A DNA stretch of 64,000 nucleotides, from positions 31,768,250-31,832,249 of the forward strand of contig NC_134026.1 of NCBI RefSeq assembly GCF_964204645.1. Reading direction: 5' to 3'. This DNA is from Tubulanus polymorphus (Eukaryota > Animalia > Nemertea). A program made the position numbers and the translations under genes. Positions 53,019 to 64,000 of this stretch are shown here, in pieces (positions within the stretch are counted from its first letter, which is position 1; the number at the start of each line of letters is the position of its first letter). Below the pieces are notes generated by a model that was not told where the DNA came from, searched no databases, and was given only the letters and a program-made list of their open reading frames with translations.

Positions 53019-56000
53019 ATGGCGATCGATTTGAAGAAAAATAAAGCGAAATAGTCGCTGCTTGGGAAGATGTATTCAATGAGAAATCAAATACAAATTG
53101 GTAAAATGTTATGTTACTAATCTGTGATAATCGAGGCCTTTATTTTGATAGATTTTGAAATCCTCACCAGACAGACAGAGTCAGTCTGTGAAACATCACA
53201 GTGACCCGGTCGGTCACCACCACCTACCAGGCACCAGTCACTGACTGACTGACACACCCCTACTCGCCCTGAGAGGACAGAAAATCATCACCTGCCAGGG
53301 CTCACTCTAAACATTCATTGGTTATGTTGATGTTTCAGGGCTATATTTGGTTATGAAGGTTTAACAAATACATTGAAACTTGTTGAAACAGGAGGTAAGA
53401 ATTACTGGTCTCGATCCATTCCAGTCTCCTACTATACTAGTGACGTCTGGTCGTTAATGTTAATTTTTGATAATAGATGGCGACTATGAGGAAATGGTCG
53501 AAGAATTGAGCAGCGGAAAAATATTGTACGCTTACTGCAGAGTTAAAGATCCCAATACAAGTTTATGGAAATATGTGCTGATAAATTGGGTAAGTTTGAC
53601 TTCCCCGGACCGTGTGCGGGTCTGCAGCCCGTGGGTCCATAGCCCGGGATCACCAGCCCGTGGGTCCATAGCCCCGGATCACCAGCCCGTGGGTCCATAG
53701 CCCTGGATCTCCAGCCCGCGGGTTAATAGCCTGGATCACCAGCCGGTGGGTCCATAGCCCTGGATCACCAGCCCGTGGGTTCATAGCCTGGATCACCAGC
53801 CCGTGGGTCCATAGCCCCGGATCACCAGCCCGTGGGTCCTTAGCCCGGATCACCAGCCCGTGGGTCCATAGCCCTGGATCACCAGCCCGTGGTTCCATAG
53901 CCCTGGATCACCAACCCATGGGTCCATAGCCCCGGATCACCAGCCCGTGGGTCCATAGCCCCGGATCACCAGCCCGTGGGTTATCGAATGATAATGATTT
54001 TAATGTTGATTTTAGGTGGGAGAGGGCGCTCCGCAACAAAAAAAAGCGACATGTGCGAATCATGTGAGAGATGTAGCAAATTTATTGAAGGTAAGTTCAC
54101 CCCCTTTCTCTCCTCAGCCACCGATTGAGATAGTTTTTATGAAATGCTGTTTTATATAATTGGCACTAGGGGGCGCACTGTACGGTGAACGCACGATCAG
54201 AAGATGACGTAGAAGAAGATGTGATTTTGAAACTCGTAGCGAAATCATCAGGATCTAATTACAGTTTCCATAAAGAGGTTTCTAAACCTTTACCCGAGGC
54301 AGGACCGGTCGGATCGGTTTATAAAAAAACACTTCCTCAAAAAGAATTAAATACATCGGTACGAGATAAATTCTGGAAACAAACTGAGGTTAGTTTTAAC
54401 TCCGGGAGTAATGATTAAACCGTGGTCGGAGTCTCGGAGTAAATGTGATTATTGATTTCAGATGGAGGAAAAACGACGAGTCGAAGAGGAACGAAAAAAC
54501 AAAATAGAAACGAGTCAACAATTAGAAAAACAACGCAAACAAAGAGAGGTAACCATAGTAACCTGTATTATACAGCACGTATATAGCATGTAGGTGATGG
54601 TCGGCATGGTTACCGCTGATTGTTGCATGTATTTCAGGAACGAGAAGCTAAAGAACGAGAGACTAAAATAAGACTTCACGCACAGGAAGTGGAAAAACAG
54701 AAATCAGAGGAACGTCTCGCGTTGTCGCGGGAGAAACAAAATATTAAACAACAATGGGTAATAACCGTACACCCCCCCCCCCCCCCCGGAGCAGGGGGTT
54801 ACACACCCCGGGAGCAGGGGTCGCCTCTCACCTACTAATAATCAGCACGTTATGAGTTCAGGATCCTTATTCACTGTAGCATAGACGCCACTGAGAGGGG
54901 ATGGAGGGAGTACTGTACGCTGTACATCACTGAGAGGAGGGAGGGAGGGAGGGAGGGAGGGAGGGAGGGAGGGAGGGAGGGAGGGAGGGAGGGAGGGAGG
55001 GAGGGAGGGAGGGAGGGAGGGAGGGAGTACTGTACACTGTACATCACTGAGAGGGGGGAGGGGGGAGAACTGTACGCCACTGAGAGGGGGGAGGGGGGAG
55101 AACTGTACGCCACTGAGAGGGGGAGGGGGGAGAACTGTACGCCACTGAGAGGGGAGGGAGGGAGTACTGTACACCACTGAGAGGGGGGAGGGGGGAGAAC
55201 TGTACGCCACTGAGAGGGGAGGGAGGGAGTACTGTACACCACTGAGAGGGGGGAGGGGGAGTAGTTTATATCACTGAGTTGTGTTGTACTGTTTCAGGAA
55301 AGAGAACAATCTGCTGCGTATAAAGAAGAAGATGAAAGAAGAAACAGAAGTGAATCGTTGAAAAAAGAAAGACAAGCTGTAAGTGTTTGTCATATCCGAA
55401 ATACAACTACATTTCACGCATTAATTATGTAAATTTAACTATAGGAAGCGGCTGCTCTGATTGGTCGACGGTCATCCAATCCAAAAGATTTATTCCAACA
55501 ACAGAGAAGTAGTGAAGATGTTCCCAAGCGTCAGCCACCACCACCGAGGTACGTCCCCAGTCCGGACCCCGCCCTCCACAGCCACCACCACCGAGGTACG
55601 TCCCCAGTCCGGACCCCGTCCTCCACAGCCACCACCACCGAGGTACGTCCCCAGTCCGGACCCCGCCCTCCACAGCCACCGCCACCGAGGTACGTCCCCA
55701 GTCCGGACCCCGCCCTCCACAGCCACCACCACCGAGGTACGTCCCCAGTCCGGACCCCGCCCTCCACAGCCACCGCCACCGAGGTACGTCCCCAGTCCGG
55801 ACCCCGCCCTCCACAGCCACCGCCACCGAGGTACGTCCCCAGTCCGGACCCCACCCTCCACAGCCACCGCCACCGAGGTACGTCCCCAGTCCGGTCCCCG
55901 CCCTTCACAGCCACTGCCACCGAGGAACGTCCCCAGTCCGGACCCCAACAGCCAGCCAAACCTCTTCTAAATCCTAATAACTTTACAGAAAAATTCGTTA

Positions 56001-57068
56001 CGATTTTGGTGGAGATGACAAGGAAGAATTCCAACAAGTTCGACAACCGATAAAACTACCAACGGAACCAGTTCGAGAACCCTCACCGGAACCAGTCCAA
56101 GAACCAGTGCGAGCACCATCTCCGGAACCAGTCCGAGAGCCTTCGCCGGAACCAGTCCGAGAACCGTCACCAGAACCAGTCCAAATTGCGGCAGGTAATG
56201 TAGATACGACAGGATTGATTCAGGTATATCGTGTAATGTGTTATGTTAATTAGATATTTGATCAGCTCCAGTGAGAGATTTACTGAGAGAAGGTTTACCG
56301 ATCCGACCCCCGGCGGCCATTGATTCCGATCAGGAAGAAGATGATCAGAATTGGGACGGTAAGTTACCGTGGAGATATCACGTCATCAGTCTACGGTATT
56401 GTTGTAACTGATGTTATTGTTATGTTTCTAGAACCGACCCAAGAGGATTTCACCCCCGTTCCCGACCTTACGACAGCTCCCTCTGGTGATAAACAGCCTA
56501 AACTAATAACAGTTCGAGCCCTCTATGATTACCAGGCAGGTGAGTATCGCTGGTCTCGATAGCAACCACAGTCCACTCAGTGTTACATGGAATTACATTA
56601 ATGATTTTGTAGCTGATCCAACTGAAATCACATTTGATCCCGGAGATCTAATCACGGATGTCGACCGTTTTGATGAGAACTGGTGGGTCGGTAATTCCCC
56701 GAATGGATCTCGCGGAGGTTTCCCGGCTAATTACGTAGAAATAGTGCAAGACGATTCCAACATTCCCGATACGACAGCTCCCTCTGGTGGTGAACAGACT
56801 AAACAAATAACAGCGCGAGCCCTATTTGACTACCAGGCAGGTTAGTATGCACGTACCGTCTGATCGAGGGGGCGGGGCTAACATGAAGGGGAGGAGCATT
56901 GATTGATTGATTGATTGATTATATTTTGTAGCTGATGAAACTGAAATCACGTTTGATCCTGATGATATAATCACAGATATAGACCGTATTGATGAAGGCT
57001 GGTGGGTCGGTAACTCACCGGACGGATCTCGTGGAATGTTTCCTGCTAATTACGTCCAACTCATTTAA
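53019..57068 (+). CDS. DBNL: Drebrin-like / Abp1 actin-binding adaptor: ADF-H, charged helix, Pro-rich region, two SH3 domains
   Basis: [11 protein letters not shown]|AIFGYEG..|[37 protein letters not shown]|VGEGAP..CANHV..|[28 protein letters not shown]; SH3 domains ALYDYQA..WW..FPANYV (twice); stop 57066-57068. Confidence 0.93.
53625..53980. repeat. 28-29-bp minisatellite (CAGCCCGTGGGTCCATAGCCCCGGATCAC)n in a DBNL intron
   Basis: About 12 units. Confidence 0.9.
55531..55947 (+). repeat. 47-bp minisatellite containing a DBNL exon end and its 5' splice site (9 copies)
   Basis: Unit CAGCCACCACCACCGAG|GTACGTCCCCAGTCCGGACCCCGCCCTCCA. Confidence 0.93.
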
Positions 57069-57099
57069 TTCATTCAATTTAATTCATTTACATGTAGTT

Positions 57100-57985
57100 T
57101 AATTCATTCAGTCTGATTCATTCTGTTTGATTCATCCAGTTTGATTCATTCAGTTTGATTCATTCTGTCTGATTCATTCAGTTTGATTCATTCAGTTTGA
57201 TTCATTCTGTCTGATTCATTCAGTTTGATTCATTCTGTTTTGATTCATTCTGTCTGATTCATTCTGTCTGATTCATTCTGTCTGATTCATCCAGTTTGAT
57301 TCATTCTGTTTTGATTCATTCAGTTTGATTCATTCTGTCTGATTCATTCTGTCTGATTCATTCTGTCTGATTCATCCAGTTTGATTCATCCAGTTTGATT
57401 CATTCTGTTTTGATTCATCCAGTTTGATTCATTCAGTCTGATTCATTCTGTCTGATTCATCCAGTTTGATTCATTCAGTTTGATTCATTCTGTCTGATTC
57501 ATTCAGTTTGATTCATTCAGTTTGATTCATTCTGTCTGATTCATTCAGTTTGATTCATTCTGTTTTGATTCATTCTGTCTGATTCATTCTGTCTGATTCA
57601 TTCTGTCTGATTCATCCAGTTTGATTCATTCTGTTTTGATTCATTCAGTTTGATTCATTCTGTCTGATTCATTCTGTCTGATTCATTCTGTCTGATTCAT
57701 CCAGTTTGATTCATCCAGTTTGATTCATTCTGTTTTGATTCATTCAGTTTGATTCATTCTGTCTGATTCATTCTGTCTGATTCATTCTGTCTGATTCATT
57801 CTATCTGATTCATTCAGTCTGATTCATTTTGTTTGATTCATTTTGTTTGATTCATTCTGTCTGATTCATTCAGTTTGATTCATTCTGTTTGATTCATTCA
57901 GTTTGATTCATTCTGTCTGATTCATTCTGTTTGATTCATTCTGTTTGATTCATTTTGTTTGATTCATTCTGTTTTGATTCATTCA
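57100..57985. repeat. 14-bp repeat (TGATTCATTCTGTC / TGATTCATTCAGTT)n just downstream of the DBNL stop (likely 3' UTR)
   Basis: Direct. Confidence 0.92.
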
Positions 57986-58200
57986 GTTTTCAGTTTACAA
58001 TTTAATCATATTCAAGAGTTACTTATATTAAATACGGTGCTAAACATATGTGAAACGGACTATAACTGCTTGTTTAATAATGTCTCATATTCCCGATAGG
58101 GGGCGCACTAATCATGTAATGATTTCATTTATGATCAAGATTTTTACAAATACAATTTCATCATAAAAATGAAAACTTTTTTGTTGTTTTTGTTGTTCTT

Positions 58201-58802
58201 AACCTGTAAGGGCACCTGCAATGACCTATAAACCTGTAAGGGCACCTGCAGTGACCCATAAACCTGTAAGGGCACCTGCAATGACCTATAAACCTGTAAG
58301 GGCACCTGCAGTGACCTATAAACTTGTAAGGGCACCTGCAGGGACTTATAAACTTGTAAGGGCACCTGCAGTGACCTATAAACCTGTAAGGGCACCTGCA
58401 GTGACCTATAAACCTGTAAGGGCACCTGCAGTGACCTATAAACCTGTAAGGGCACCTGCAATGACCTATAAACCTGTAAGGGCACCTGCAGTGACCTATA
58501 AACCTGTAAGGGCACCTGCAATGACCTATAAACCTGTAAGGGCACCTGCAGGGACTTATAAACCTGTAAGGGCACCTGCAGGGACTTATAAACCTGTAAG
58601 GGCACCTGCAGTGACCTATAAACCTGTAAGGGCACCTGCAGGGACTTATAAACCTGTAAGGGCACCTGCAGTGACCTATAAACCTGTAAGGGCACCTGCA
58701 GTGACCTATAAACCTGTAAGGGCACCTGCAGGGACTTATAAACCTGTAAGGGCACCTGCAGTGACCTATAAACCTGTAAGGGCACCTGCAGTGACCTATA
58801 AA
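58201..58802. repeat. 30-bp minisatellite (AACCTGTAAGGGCACCTGCAGTGACCTATA)n between the convergent DBNL and ANAPC4 3' ends
   Basis: 20 units. Confidence 0.95.
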
Positions 58803-58956
58803 ACATAATCAGAAAATAAAAACTTTTAGAAAAATAAGTTTAATTTATTACAAATATCAATAACTTCAGTTGATTCATAAATGCATTCTTTAGCGCCACC
58901 TATAGTCCATCCTGGGGACTAATATTCATTATATGTTAACTAGCGCCACTTATAGT

Positions 58957-64000
<5,044 letters not shown>

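Overview
Animal (probably marine lophotrochozoan; inference) genomic DNA with small exons and many private minisatellites. Hand splicing gives seven protein genes: CCM2/malcavernin (+, 8584-11220); ITGB1BP1/ICAP-1 (-, 11559-12958, only partly visible in the ORF track), tail-to-tail with CCM2; an SLC16/MCT transporter (-); a very large phospholipase C epsilon (-, 18871-42811) with extra ankyrin, helical-repeat and talin-like FERM F2-F3 modules; a drebrin-like/Abp1 gene with two SH3 domains (+); the 3' part of ANAPC4 (-); and, nested antisense in an ANAPC4 intron, a secreted homolog of the bacterial T6SS amidase Tae4 (dae4-like) with both catalytic residues replaced. Four tRNA-Gln(CTG) genes form two duplicated dimers with TTAGGG-type spacers in PLCE1 introns. 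Several minisatellites multiply real splice sites. All homology calls come from recalled motifs, not database searches. Repeat boundaries are approximate.
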